This document shows, piece by piece, positions 1 through 9,977 of a stretch of DNA of 64,000 nt. The DNA is taken from assembly GCA_963704885.1 (NCBI GenBank), contig CAVPIB010000004.1, forward strand, positions 800,001-864,000, in the 5' to 3' direction. Each line of letters begins with the position of its first letter. Positions within the stretch are counted from its first letter, which is position 1. Source of the DNA: an uncultured Actinomycetes bacterium (GTDB lineage Bacteria > Actinomycetota > UBA4738 > HRBIN12). The notes under the pieces were generated by a model. That model was not told the DNA's origin, did no database searches, and worked only from the letters and a program-made list of their open reading frames with translations. Position numbers and translations under genes: made by a program.

Positions 1-140
1 CCGGTGTCCGATCGCGACGCCGGCCCGTGTTGGCGACCGCTCTCCGCGATCAGCTCGACGTGGATCCGATGATCGTCACGCCGGCTGCCTCGCCATCGAC
101 GCCTCGTCAACGCGCGCCGGCCGTACGAGTCTGAACCAGA

Positions 141-1562
141 CTAGAAGGGGTTCGTTGCCGGTTCGGTTCCCGGCGGCCAGCCCGGATAGTCCTCCGGATA
201 GTCGAACGCGTCACCGTAGGTCTTCGCTTTCTGGGACGCGATCTCGGGCGCGCGAGGCTTCGCGGAGAAGTCGAACACGTGCTCGAAGTTGTGCGTGTTC
301 GCGATCCGGGGCGTGAGGTAGCTCAAGCCCCAGTTGTCCGCGATGAACCGCAGGGGGGTCGAGAACTCGCCGACCTCGTCGTCGATCAAGCCTCGCCGCG
401 CATAGGGGGAGATCGTGAGCAACGGCACCCGGAACCCGAGGCTGACCTCGTTGATCACCGGCGGCATGACGCTGTCGTAGAACCCTCCCCACTCGTCCCA
501 GGTGATGAAGATCGCGGTGTGCTCCCACATGTCGCTCTTCATCACCGCGTTCACAACGTCCGTCAACCAGTTGTGCGCGAACGACGAGCTCGCCGGTGGA
601 TGATCGGAGAGCGCGAACTGGGGCGTGACCCAGGTGACGGCCGGTAGCGCGTTCGTCTCGATATCGTCGATCAGCCGATCGACCGAGTTCGCCGCGTGCT
701 TTCGCCACAGTTCAGTGTGGAAGACGCCGTCGACCGCGTTGAACGCGTTCCAGAAGTAGCCCACCTGGCCGGGGGCCGCCGAGTAGTAGCGCCAGTCCAC
801 GCCGATCTCGGTGAGCTGTTCGCCCACCGTCTTGAACTGGAAGCACGTGTCGTGCTTCGTGAGGTTCCCTTGGCCGTCCTTGACCATCACGAAGACGTCG
901 TCACCGAGCGCATCGCACCCCCAGCTCTTGAACTTCTTCGCGCCGTCGACGCGCGCCTCGATGTTCTCTGGGTTGTCGATCACCCCGCCGGACTGCCCGG
1001 CGATGAAGAAGAAGTGGTTCGGATAGGAGGGTCCGAGCGCGGAGGCGAAGAAGTTGTCGGACAGGGCGTATTCGCGCGCCCAGGACCAGTAGTTCGGCAG
1101 CTGCTCCTCCTGGAACTGCGAGTAGGACCACGGGTCGCCGTACGCCCCACCGGCGAACCCGTCCAGCTTGCCGTCGTTCAGGCAGTTCAGCGCGGCCGCG
1201 TAGTCGTGCGGGAGGTCACCCGGGAGCCAGTCGAGGCACCGGATCAGCGGCGTCTCCTGCCCCCACTTCACGCCGACCCTTGCTCCGTTCACGCCGGGGA
1301 AGCGGCCGAAGAGGTTGTCGAAGCTCCGGTTCTCCATCATCACGTAGAGCACGCGTTTGATCGGCCACCGGGTGTCGATCGCCGGGGTCGCGTCGCTCAC
1401 GGCGTGGATCACCTTTCCGCCGGTGCACGAAAAGAGCACGCCACCCGCCACGGCCATGGCGGAACCCTGCAGGAACTTGCGGCGGCTGAGGGCCAGCGGG
1501 TGCGCGTCGCCGCGTTCTTCGTCGTTGGGGTGAACCCGCTCGGGCATGCCCATCAGTTCCAC
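141..1562 (-). CDS. Tat-exported phosphoesterase / non-specific phospholipase C family protein (possible lipoprotein)
   Basis: Twin-arginine motif SRRKFLQG followed by a hydrophobic stretch and FSC. Family motifs MENRSFDNLFG, LSDNFF..GPSYPNH, SDHPP, TWDEWGGFYD and GFRVP are present. Confidence 0.88.
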   Translation of the reverse strand: MELMGMPERVHPNDEERGDAHPLALSRRKFLQGSAMAVAGGVLFSCTGGKVIHAVSDATPAIDTRWPIKRVLYVMMENRSFDNLFGRFPGVNGARVGVKWGQETPLIRCLDWLPGDLPHDYAAALNCLNDGKLDGFAGGAYGDPWSYSQFQEEQLPNYWSWAREYALSDNFFASALGPSYPNHFFFIAGQSGGVIDNPENIEARVDGAKKFKSWGCDALGDDVFVMVKDGQGNLTKHDTCFQFKTVGEQLTEIGVDWRYYSAAPGQVGYFWNAFNAVDGVFHTELWRKHAANSVDRLIDDIETNALPAVTWVTPQFALSDHPPASSSFAHNWLTDVVNAVMKSDMWEHTAIFITWDEWGGFYDSVMPPVINEVSLGFRVPLLTISPYARRGLIDDEVGEFSTPLRFIADNWGLSYLTPRIANTHNFEHVFDFSAKPRAPEIASQKAKTYGDAFDYPEDYPGWPPGTEPATNPF

Positions 1563-1611
1563 CTAGGTTCGGAGTTACCGGTGACCTCGCGCGGTGTCGC
1601 ACCCCCTAGGG

Positions 1612-2817
1612 TCATACGATGGCATCCTCACGCGGGTCGTACGCACAAGCGGGGTCCTCCCCCAACGGATCGCCGGTCGCGGCGAACGCTCGGGCACGCG
1701 ATCCGCCGCACACGTCGGCGAACTCACACGCCCCGCACCGGCCGCTGAACTCCGCGGCCCGGATCGAGCGAAGCAGCGGATGGTCCCGATAGAGGTCGAC
1801 GATGCTGTCCGTTCGCACGTTTCCGAGCCGGTACGGCAGGAAGCCCGCCGGGTAGACATCGCCGTCGTGCGACACGAACAGGATGCCCTTGCCGTCCCTC
1901 GTGCCGACGCTTTGGGCTCGGGAGTCTCCCGGCTCCCCGAGATCTTGCCGCAGGCGCACAGCCAGTCGCCGATAGAGCGCTCCGAGGCCGGCCGCGAAGA
2001 CCGGGTCGGCTGTCGGCTCCAGGTCGCGCCGCTCCGCCACGACGCGTCGGAAGAACGGCCCCTCCACCGTGCGGACGATGAAGCCGTAGCGTGAGGCGTC
2101 ATAGAGGAAGTGGGCGACGTCCTCGTTCTCCCCAGGCGTGAGGTCCTCGAGCTCGGATCCCCGGCCCACCCGGATCAAGAAGAAGACCTCCCAGATGTGG
2201 GCTCCCCAACGGGCAACGAGGGAGGCGATGTCGGCCAGCTGTTCGACGTTGCGCCGCAACACGGTGGTGTTGATCTGAACGGAGATGCCTTCATCGACCA
2301 GCAGCCGCACAGCCGCCTCCGTCTCCCCGAGATGCCCAGCCACTCCACGAACGCCTTCATGCGTTACCGCGTCGGCTCCGTCGAGGCTGATCGATACGGT
2401 CTTGGCACCGACCTCTCGCATCCGCCGTGCCACGTCGCGCGTGAGCAGCGGTGTGACGCTCGGGGCGAAGCCGATCGGCATCCCGTACGCGCGGGCATGG
2501 CGCGCCAGATCGAACAGGTCGCTCCGCATGAACGGGTCACCGCCGGTGAAGACGATCACCGGGGAGCGCGGAGTGAACCCTCGCAGGTCGTCGATCAGCT
2601 TCAGTCCCTGCTCGGGGGTCAACTCACCGGGCTGCGGTTGGGCGATCGCCTCGGCCCGGCAGTGCCGGCATGCCAGGCCGCACGCCTTGGTCGTCTCCCA
2701 GAACAGCAGGATCGGCGCCTGCTCGAAGTTCACCGATGACACGAGCCGATCCTTCCGCGAGGGCGGCGGAGCGTGGAGGAGCGATGTGCCGCGCCACGAT
2801 CCAACGACGTTCGTCAT
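1612..2817 (-). CDS. Radical SAM/SPASM protein (TIGR04053 / AhbD-NirJ-like, heme-biosynthesis related)
   Basis: WETTKACGLACRHCRA gives the CxxxCxxC motif, with FTGGDP downstream and a C-terminal CGACEFADVCGGSRARA..GD.L.EDPAC SPASM-type region. Confidence 0.85.
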   Translation of the reverse strand: MTNVVGSWRGTSLLHAPPPSRKDRLVSSVNFEQAPILLFWETTKACGLACRHCRAEAIAQPQPGELTPEQGLKLIDDLRGFTPRSPVIVFTGGDPFMRSDLFDLARHARAYGMPIGFAPSVTPLLTRDVARRMREVGAKTVSISLDGADAVTHEGVRGVAGHLGETEAAVRLLVDEGISVQINTTVLRRNVEQLADIASLVARWGAHIWEVFFLIRVGRGSELEDLTPGENEDVAHFLYDASRYGFIVRTVEGPFFRRVVAERRDLEPTADPVFAAGLGALYRRLAVRLRQDLGEPGDSRAQSVGTRDGKGILFVSHDGDVYPAGFLPYRLGNVRTDSIVDLYRDHPLLRSIRAAEFSGRCGACEFADVCGGSRARAFAATGDPLGEDPACAYDPREDAIV

Positions 2818-2843
2818 CCTCTCGCTTCAGGGAACTCGCTTCA

Positions 2844-2879
2844 CGGCCGTAGGTCCCGTATCCGTCGGGACCACCGTCG
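2844..2879. promoter_or_regulatory. Pair of DosR/DevR-like boxes upstream of the radical SAM gene
   Basis: GGGACCTACGGCCG (minus strand, 2844-2857) and GGGACCACCGTCG (plus strand, 2867-2879) resemble GGGAC-N4-G.CCC. Confidence 0.35.
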
Positions 2880-3080
2880 TTGTTGGCCGTGATGCCGGGG
2901 CCACGATCACCTAGGTCGCGGACGATTCCCCTTGCGGACCACGGTCGGTTCGAAGACTATCCGCGGTGCCGGCACCTGTCCCATAATCGATCCCATGGGC
3001 ATGCTCGCCGTGCAGAACGTATTCGCCACGCTCGACGTTGTGCGTCCACCCACCTTGCTCAACCCGGACGCGTTCGCGGG

Positions 3081-5479
3081 ATGACCCCGGTGGTCCGATC
3101 GACCGGGCCCCGCTCGCTACAGCTGCGGCAGAACGTCCGCCTCTTGACCACCATGCTCGGAGACGCGATCGCCGAGAGCGGGGGCGAGGAGTTGCTCGCC
3201 CGGGTCGAGGCCCTGCGGACGGCGGCGATCGCCCTGCGCGGACGAGCCACAGAGGCACGTCGCGAACGCGTGGCGGCCCTGGTCGCGGAGCTCGACACAC
3301 CACAGGCGGAGGACGTGATCCGGGCCTTCACCTGCTACTTCCAGCTGGTGAACCTGGCCGAGGAGCGGCAACGGGTGCGCACCCTGCGGACGCGGAGCCG
3401 CTCGGGCAAGCCCGTCAAGGACTCGATCGCCGCGCTCGAGGCGGATCCGTCCGCGTACGACGGCCTTCTGATCATGCCCGTGCTCACCGCGCACCCGACC
3501 GAGGCGAAGCGACGTGCCGTGGTCGAGCACCTCTGGCGGATCGGCGCCCTCCTGGAACAGGTGGAGGATCTGCCGATGGGCGCCTCCGATGAGCAGGAGG
3601 TTCGGCGACGCATGCGCGAGGAGATCGCAGGGCTCTGGCGCACGGATCCCATCCGCCGCCACCGCCCCGAGCTGCTCGACGAGGTGCGCGCCGTGCTGGC
3701 CCTCTTCGACCAGACGATCTTCACCGCGCTGCCCTCTGTCTACCGCGAGATGGACCGTAAGCTCGACGCCGAAGGCTGCGGCCGGCGCCCGCCCGCGTTC
3801 CGACCCTTCCTACGGTGGGGCACGTGGGTCGGGGGCGACCGGGATGGGAACCCGCGCGTGACCGCCGAGGTCACTCGCGCAGCCATGGCGATCCAGTCGG
3901 ATCACGTGCTCCGCGGATTGGAGGCCGCGTCGCGGCGGATCGCCAGGACGCTCGCCGTCTCGGACCGGGACGTACCGCCGAGTGTGGCGCTTCGCCGAGC
4001 GCTGGAGCGCGATGCCAAGGCGTTGCCGGCCGAGGCGCGCGAGCTGGGGCGGATCCACCCCGACGCCCCACACCGGCGGAAGCTCGGCCTGGCCGCCCAT
4101 CGCCTTGCCGCCACGCGCACCGGCTCTCACGGCGGCTACGAGGGTCCCGGGACCTTCCTTCGAGATCTCGACGTATTGCAGCACTCGCTCGACACGGCCG
4201 GGGCGCCGCGCCTGGCGTGGGGCGAGCTTCAGCATCTGCGTTGGCAGGTGGAGACGTTCGGTTTCCACCTCGCGGCCATGGAGGTCCGGCAGCATTCGAG
4301 CGTGCTCGAGGCCGCTCGCGCTGAGCTGTCGGCGGCGGAGCCGGGAGGCGCCGCCAAGCCCTCTGCCCGGACGCGTGAGGTGCTCGCCACGTTCCGAGCG
4401 ATCGCCGACATCCAGGCCTGCGGCGCGCCGGTTGTTGAAGCGCCTCGGCGGGGAGCTCGAGGTGATGGTCGGCTACTCGGACTCTGCCAAGGAGGTCGGG
4501 ATGCTCGCCGCGAACCTCGAGCTGTACGCAGCCCAGCGTGCGATGGCGTCGTGGGCGCGGGAACGAAGCGTCCGTCTGACGATCTTCCACGGGCGCGGCG
4601 GCGCGCTCGGGCGGGGCGGCGGACCGGCGAGCCGTGCGATCGAGGCCGAACCCCCCGGATCGGTCGCCGGGGCGGTTCAAGGTGACGGAGCAGGGCGAGG
4701 TGGCGTTCGCGCGGTACGGGAACGCCGCGCTCGCTCGACGGCACCTGGAGCAGCTCACGAGCGCCGTTGTGCGAGCGAGCGCGCACGACATCGTTCACGA
4801 CCCGGCGGATCGCTTCACGGCCGAGACCGAGGCGATGTCCGAAGCGTCACGGCAGCGGTACGAGGATCTGGTGCACGCCGACGGCTTCATCGAGTTCTTC
4901 CGGCGCGTCACGCCGATCGCGCAGATCGGCACGCTCCCGATCGCCTCCCGCCCGGTCGGCCGCGGGATGAGCGCAACGACGGCGCTCGAAGACCTGCGCG
5001 CGATCCCGTGGGTGTTCGCCTGGGGATAGAGCCGGGTGAACCTGACTGGCTGGTACGGGCTCGGGACCGGGCTGAAAGCGGTGGCGTCTCGCCGGGGAGG
5101 GCTGACGCGTCTGCGGACCGTGGCTCGCGAGTGGCCGTTCTTCGCCACGCTCTTGGAGAACGCCGAGCTGTCGCTCGCCAAGGCGGACCCCGCGATCGCC
5201 GAGCTGTACCTGGCGCGCGGCGACCGGCCGGACCTGTCAGCCGCGATCCGCGAGGAGCTCGAACTGACCACCGACCTGGTCCTATCCGTTTCCGGCCACA
5301 CCCGGCTGCTGGACTCCAAGCCCGACCTTCAGCGCGCGATCGAGTACCGCAACCCCTACGTGGACGCGCTGTCGTTCCTACAAGTGCGGTTCTTGGGAGA
5401 GCCCGACGACCTCAAAGCAGAACGCCTGGTCCAGGCCACGATCAGCGGGGTGGCGGCGGGCCTGCAGAACACCGGGTAA
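3081..5479 (+). pseudogene. ppc: Phosphoenolpyruvate carboxylase, disrupted
   Basis: Motifs VLTAHPTE, GTWVGGDRDGNP, EVMVGYSDSAK, FHGRGGALGRGGG, KVTEQGE, LRAIPWVFAW, RNPYVDAL and AAGLQNTG are spread over three frames. There is an in-frame TAG at 5027-5029, frame changes near 4420 and 4670, and the VVPLFE segment is missing. Confidence 0.85.
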
Positions 5480-5750
5480 GGAAGCGGCGATCGACTCCTT
5501 GGGTGTTCCGTACGGTGGGATCGTCATCCCGATCTGTGGAACATCACATGCTGAGATCCCCCCGAGGGCGTCGCAGCCCGACGTCGCAGCCCAAGTGGAA
5601 GGTCGAGCGCGTGAGAACTCACTGGCCTGCCGGTCCCCGTTCGCCCGACTATCGCAGGTCAGGGGCGGTCGCCTATACTCGGAGGCTCCCTGAACGGCCA
5701 TTCAAACCATCCGGTCGATACAGGCGTTCTTGAGGAAGAAGGAGTCCGTC

Positions 5751-6890
5751 ATGACCGAGCTCAGGACCACTATCCCGCCGATCCACCCCGGAGACCGGCT
5801 CCTCTGCGGGCCCGGGCCATCGAACGTTCACCCGAAGGTGCTCGAGGCGATGCAGCTGCCGATCAACGGCCACCTCGATCCGGACTTCTGGGATCTGCTT
5901 CTCGACCTGGTCGAGGGCATGAAGGCGCTCTGGCGCCGTCCTGACGGGCTCTCGCTCTGTTTCAGCGCCAGCGGCACATCTGGCATGGAGGCCGGGTTGG
6001 CGAACCTCGTGGAGCCCGGTGACCCGGTGATCGTGATACACGCTGGGTTCTTCGGCGCACGCATCGCGGAGATGGCGCGCCGAGCCGGTGCAGAGCTGAT
6101 CGAGCTCACCGCGCCGCTCGGGCAGATCGTGCCGCTCGACCAGGTGGCCGATGCGCTCGCTAAGCACCCCGACACCAAGCTCGTGGGAGTGGTCCACGCC
6201 GAGACCTCGACCGGTGTGCGCTTCCCGGTGAAGGAGCTGGGAGCGGTGATCGCCTCGAGCGGCGCGGACGACGCGCTCCTGATGGCCGACTGCGTCACGT
6301 CGCTCGGCGGAGAAGAGGTCTCGCCCGTCGAGTGGGGCATCGACTACGCCCACTCATGCTCGCAGAAGTCGCTCGGTTGTCCGCCGGGGCTCGCGCCGTT
6401 CAGCCTTTCGCCCCGCGGCCTGGAGCGGATCCGCCACCGCAAGGCGGCCACGTCGTTCAGCTTCGACATCGATCTTCTGGAGAAGTACTGGATCGAACGA
6501 CCGATCACCTACCACCACACCATGCCGATCCTGCAGTACTACGCGCTGTACGAGGGCATCCGGCTGTCGCTCGAAGAGGGCCTAGAGAGCAGGTGGGCTC
6601 GCCACGAGGACGCCGGCCGCTACTTCCAGAACCAGATGCGCGACCGTGGCTACACGTTCCTGTCGGACCCCGACCATCAGCTGTGGGAGCTGTCGGCTAT
6701 CGACGTGCCCGAAGGCGTGGACGGCAAAGAGGTCCAAACGAAGATCCTGCGCGGGTTCGGGATCGAGGTGGGCGGAGGCCTCGGACCCACGGCTCCTCCC
6801 ATCTGGCGCGTCGGCCTGATGGGAGTGAACGCGAACCGCGAGACGGCCGATCGGGTGATCGACGCGTTCGACGCCGTCCTGCCACGGTAA
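5751..6890 (+). CDS. Class V PLP aminotransferase (serine/alanine:glyoxylate aminotransferase family)
   Basis: LLCGPGPSNV, GHLDPDF, SGTSGMEA, VHAETSTG, DCVTSLGG and SCSQK (PLP lysine). RBS aaggag precedes ATG 5751. Confidence 0.88.
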   Translation: MTELRTTIPPIHPGDRLLCGPGPSNVHPKVLEAMQLPINGHLDPDFWDLLLDLVEGMKALWRRPDGLSLCFSASGTSGMEAGLANLVEPGDPVIVIHAGFFGARIAEMARRAGAELIELTAPLGQIVPLDQVADALAKHPDTKLVGVVHAETSTGVRFPVKELGAVIASSGADDALLMADCVTSLGGEEVSPVEWGIDYAHSCSQKSLGCPPGLAPFSLSPRGLERIRHRKAATSFSFDIDLLEKYWIERPITYHHTMPILQYYALYEGIRLSLEEGLESRWARHEDAGRYFQNQMRDRGYTFLSDPDHQLWELSAIDVPEGVDGKEVQTKILRGFGIEVGGGLGPTAPPIWRVGLMGVNANRETADRVIDAFDAVLPR

Positions 6891-6895
6891 CCGGC

Positions 6896-7861
6896 ATGGC
6901 GCGCAAGGACCGACCGCACCGCAGCGAGCTCGCCGTTCCCGGCACCAACACCAGGGCCATGGCCAAGGCACCCACGCTCGAGGCCGACCTGGTCTTCCTC
7001 GACCTCGAGGACTCGGTGGCGCCCGACGACAAGGAGCAAGCCCGCGCGAACGTGATCGAGTCGCTGCTTGGACAGGACTGGACGCCCTGCGCCGTCAGCG
7101 TCCGCGTGAACGGCCTGGACACCCACTGGTGCTACCGAGACGTGGTCGACGTGGTAGAGCAGGCCGGTGGGGTGCTGGACACGGTGCTCGTCCCCAAGGT
7201 GGGCTCGGCCTCCGACGTGGAGTTCGTGGCCACGCTGCTGGATCAGATCGAGCAGCGCAACGGCTGGGCCCCAGGAGGGATCGGCATCCACATCCTGATC
7301 GAGACCGCGAAAGGCATGGCCAACGTCGAGGCCATCTCGCGCGCCCGGCCAGATCGCCTGGAGGCCATGGTGTTCGGCGTGGCGGACTACGCGGCGAGCG
7401 TCCGCGCCCGCACCACGAACATAGGCGGCGCCAACCCCGACTACGCCGTGCTCACGGACCCCGACGCCGCCGGCGAACGCCAGCTGCACTGGGGCGACCA
7501 GTGGCACTTCGGCATCTCGCGCATGGTCGCGGCCTGCCGCGCCGAAGGGCTCCGTCCGATCGACGGACCCTTCGGCGACTTCGAGGACGCGGAGGGGTTC
7601 CGCGCGGCGGCGCGACGCGCCGCCGCGCTCGGGTGCGAGGGGAAGTGGGCGATCCACCCCTCGCAGGTGGCGCTCGCGAACGAAGTCTTCACGCCATCGG
7701 AGGCCGAGGTCGAGAAGGCCAGGCGGATCTTGGAGGCCATGGAGCAGGCGGCGAAGGAAGGCAAGGGCGCCGTGGCGCTCGACGGCCGGCTGATCGACGC
7801 CGCGTCGATCCGCATGGCAGAGGCGCTGATCGCGAAGGTCGACCAGATCGACGCTCGATGA
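6896..7861 (+). CDS. mcl: L-malyl-CoA lyase (CitE/HpcH family)
   Basis: HRSELAVPG, FLDLEDSVAPDDKEQAR, NGLDTH, FGVADYAAS.RART..IGG.N.DY.VLTD, GLRPIDGPFGDF and GKWAIHPSQ closely follow proteobacterial Mcl as I recall it. Confidence 0.9.
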   Translation: MARKDRPHRSELAVPGTNTRAMAKAPTLEADLVFLDLEDSVAPDDKEQARANVIESLLGQDWTPCAVSVRVNGLDTHWCYRDVVDVVEQAGGVLDTVLVPKVGSASDVEFVATLLDQIEQRNGWAPGGIGIHILIETAKGMANVEAISRARPDRLEAMVFGVADYAASVRARTTNIGGANPDYAVLTDPDAAGERQLHWGDQWHFGISRMVAACRAEGLRPIDGPFGDFEDAEGFRAAARRAAALGCEGKWAIHPSQVALANEVFTPSEAEVEKARRILEAMEQAAKEGKGAVALDGRLIDAASIRMAEALIAKVDQIDAR

Positions 7862-9033
7862 ACATCCACGAGTACCAGGCGAAGGAGCTGCTCCGGTCCT
7901 ACCGCATCACCACGCCCCGGGGCGAGGTCGTCTACACCGCGAAGGCCGCCGCCCGGGTCGCCGAGGACCTGGGCGGCAGCCGTTGGGTCGTGAAGTCGCA
8001 GATCCATGCCGGCGGACGCGGCAAGGCCGGAGGCGTTCGCATGGCGACCACGCCGGAGCAGACCGCCGAGATCGCCGACCAGATGCTCGGCTCCACCCTC
8101 GTCACCGATCAGACCGGATCGGAGGGACAGCACGTGAGCCGGCTTCTGGTGGAGCGCGCCTCACGGATCGAGCGGGAGTTCTACCTCTCGCTCGTGGTGG
8201 ACCGGGACTCCCAGCGGGTGGTCGTGATCGCGAGTGCCGAGGGCGGCATGGACATCGAACAGGTGGCCGCGAGCGATCCAGACGCGATCCACACCGAGTA
8301 CATCGACCCCGGCGTGGGGCTGCTCGACTTCCAGTGCCGCAAGATCGCCGACGCGATAGGCCTTGGCAACCGCACAACATCGTTCACTCGGCTGCTGAAG
8401 CGCATCTATCGGCTGTTCCGCGACAAAGACTGCCTGCTGCTCGAGATCAACCCGTTCATCGAGGCCGAGGACGGCGAGCTGGTGGCGCTCGACTGCAAGA
8501 TGAGCTTCGACGACAACGCCCTTCACCGCCAGGGCGACGTGGTGGAGCTTCGGGACTTCGACGAGGAGGACCCTAAGGAGGTCGAGGCATCCGGGCATGG
8601 CCTCAACTACATCGCTCTGGACGGCGCCGTGGGCTGCATCGTGAACGGGGCGGGGCTGGCCATGGCGACGATGGACGCGATCGTCCACCACGGCGGGCGC
8701 CCGGCGAACTTCCTGGACGTGGGAGGCGGAGCCAGCCCCGAGAAGATCGCGAACGCGTTCAGGATCGTGCTGAAGGATCCGAACGTGAAGACGATCCTGG
8801 TGAACATCTTCGCCGGCATCAACCGATGCGACTGGATCGCCCAAGGCGTGGTCCAGGCCACGCGCGACCAGGCCGTCGAGGTGCCGGTGATCGTCCGTCT
8901 GGCGGGAACCAACGTCGACGAGGGCCGCGCGATCTTAGATGCGAGCGGCCTGGCACTGGTCCAGGCCGAAGACCTGGACGATGCCGCGCACAAGGCCGTC
9001 GCCGCCGCTTCCTCGGCGGAGGTGCCGGCGTGA
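7858..9033 (+). CDS. mtkA: Malate-CoA ligase (malate thiokinase) beta subunit
   Basis: SucC fold (MNIHEYQAKELL, QIHAGGRGKAGG, NGAGLAMATMD) with the Mtk-type NIFAGINRCDW rather than SucC NIFGGI.RCD. ATGA overlap with mcl. Confidence 0.85.
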   Translation: MNIHEYQAKELLRSYRITTPRGEVVYTAKAAARVAEDLGGSRWVVKSQIHAGGRGKAGGVRMATTPEQTAEIADQMLGSTLVTDQTGSEGQHVSRLLVERASRIEREFYLSLVVDRDSQRVVVIASAEGGMDIEQVAASDPDAIHTEYIDPGVGLLDFQCRKIADAIGLGNRTTSFTRLLKRIYRLFRDKDCLLLEINPFIEAEDGELVALDCKMSFDDNALHRQGDVVELRDFDEEDPKEVEASGHGLNYIALDGAVGCIVNGAGLAMATMDAIVHHGGRPANFLDVGGGASPEKIANAFRIVLKDPNVKTILVNIFAGINRCDWIAQGVVQATRDQAVEVPVIVRLAGTNVDEGRAILDASGLALVQAEDLDDAAHKAVAAASSAEVPA

Positions 9034-9929
9034 GCGTCTACGTGGACAAGGACTCACGGGTCATCATCCAGGGGTTCACGGGCCAGCACGCCACGTTCCA
9101 CGCCGAGGAAGCCATGTCCTTCGGGACCAAGGTCGTGGGGGGCGTGACGCCCGGCAAAGGGGGCACCACGCACCTAGGCCTGCCGGTCTTCAACAGCGTG
9201 GCCGAGGCCGTCGACGAGACCGGGGCCGACGTCTCCGGCATCTTCGTTCCGCCGGCCCTGGCCACGGACTCGCTCCTTGAGGCCGCGGAGGCCGGCGTCT
9301 ACATCGCGGTGATCATCGCCGACGGTGTCCCCGTGCAGGACATGGTCAAGACGAAGGGCTACCTGACCGGCCGACAGACCACGATCATCGGGCCGAACTC
9401 CCCCGGCGTCATCACTCCGGGCGAATGCAAGGTGGGCATCATGCCGTCACACATCTACTCGAAGGGCCGCATCGGTGTGGTGTCGCGGTCCGGGACGTTG
9501 AACTACGAGGCCGTGTCCCAGATGACCAAGCTGGGGCTGGGGCAGTCGACATGCGTGGGCATCGGCGGCGACCCCGTCAATGGCACCGACTTCAAGTCGG
9601 TCCTGCACGAGTTCGAGAACGACGACGACACCGATGTGGTCGTGATGATCGGTGAGATCGGCGGGCAGCAGGAGGTGGAGGCGGCGCGCTGGGCCCGTCA
9701 GTACATGTCCAAACCGCTGGTGGTGTTCATCGCAGGGGTCTCGGCGCCACGCGGCCGGCGTATGGGCCACGCTGGCGCCGTGATCAGCGGCGAGAGCGAC
9801 ACGGCTACCGCCAAGCTCGACGCGATCGAGGCTCTCGGACATCACACGGTCCGCAACCCGGCGGACATCGGCGACACGGTCTTCCGCGCGATGAAAGAGG
9901 TAGGCGAACACAGCCACCGAGGCGCCTGA
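9030..9929 (+). CDS. mtkB: Malate-CoA ligase alpha subunit (SucD family)
   Basis: [36 protein letters not shown] and RMGHAGA (phospho-His). GTGA overlap with mtkA. Confidence 0.82.
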   Translation: MSVYVDKDSRVIIQGFTGQHATFHAEEAMSFGTKVVGGVTPGKGGTTHLGLPVFNSVAEAVDETGADVSGIFVPPALATDSLLEAAEAGVYIAVIIADGVPVQDMVKTKGYLTGRQTTIIGPNSPGVITPGECKVGIMPSHIYSKGRIGVVSRSGTLNYEAVSQMTKLGLGQSTCVGIGGDPVNGTDFKSVLHEFENDDDTDVVVMIGEIGGQQEVEAARWARQYMSKPLVVFIAGVSAPRGRRMGHAGAVISGESDTATAKLDAIEALGHHTVRNPADIGDTVFRAMKEVGEHSHRGA

Positions 9930-9977
9930 GCCGGGCCCTGGGGCTCCGCCCAGGTGCTCCTGGGTAGGATGGGTCGC

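Noticed and set aside
5027-5029. In-frame TAG in ppc as stop-codon recoding or pyrrolysine
   Set aside because: TAG is the normal stop of many genes here, no pyl genes are visible, and the gene has other lesions.
7858-9929. Ordinary TCA-cycle sucCD
   Set aside because: The NIFAGINRCDW signature and coupling to mcl favour malate thiokinase.
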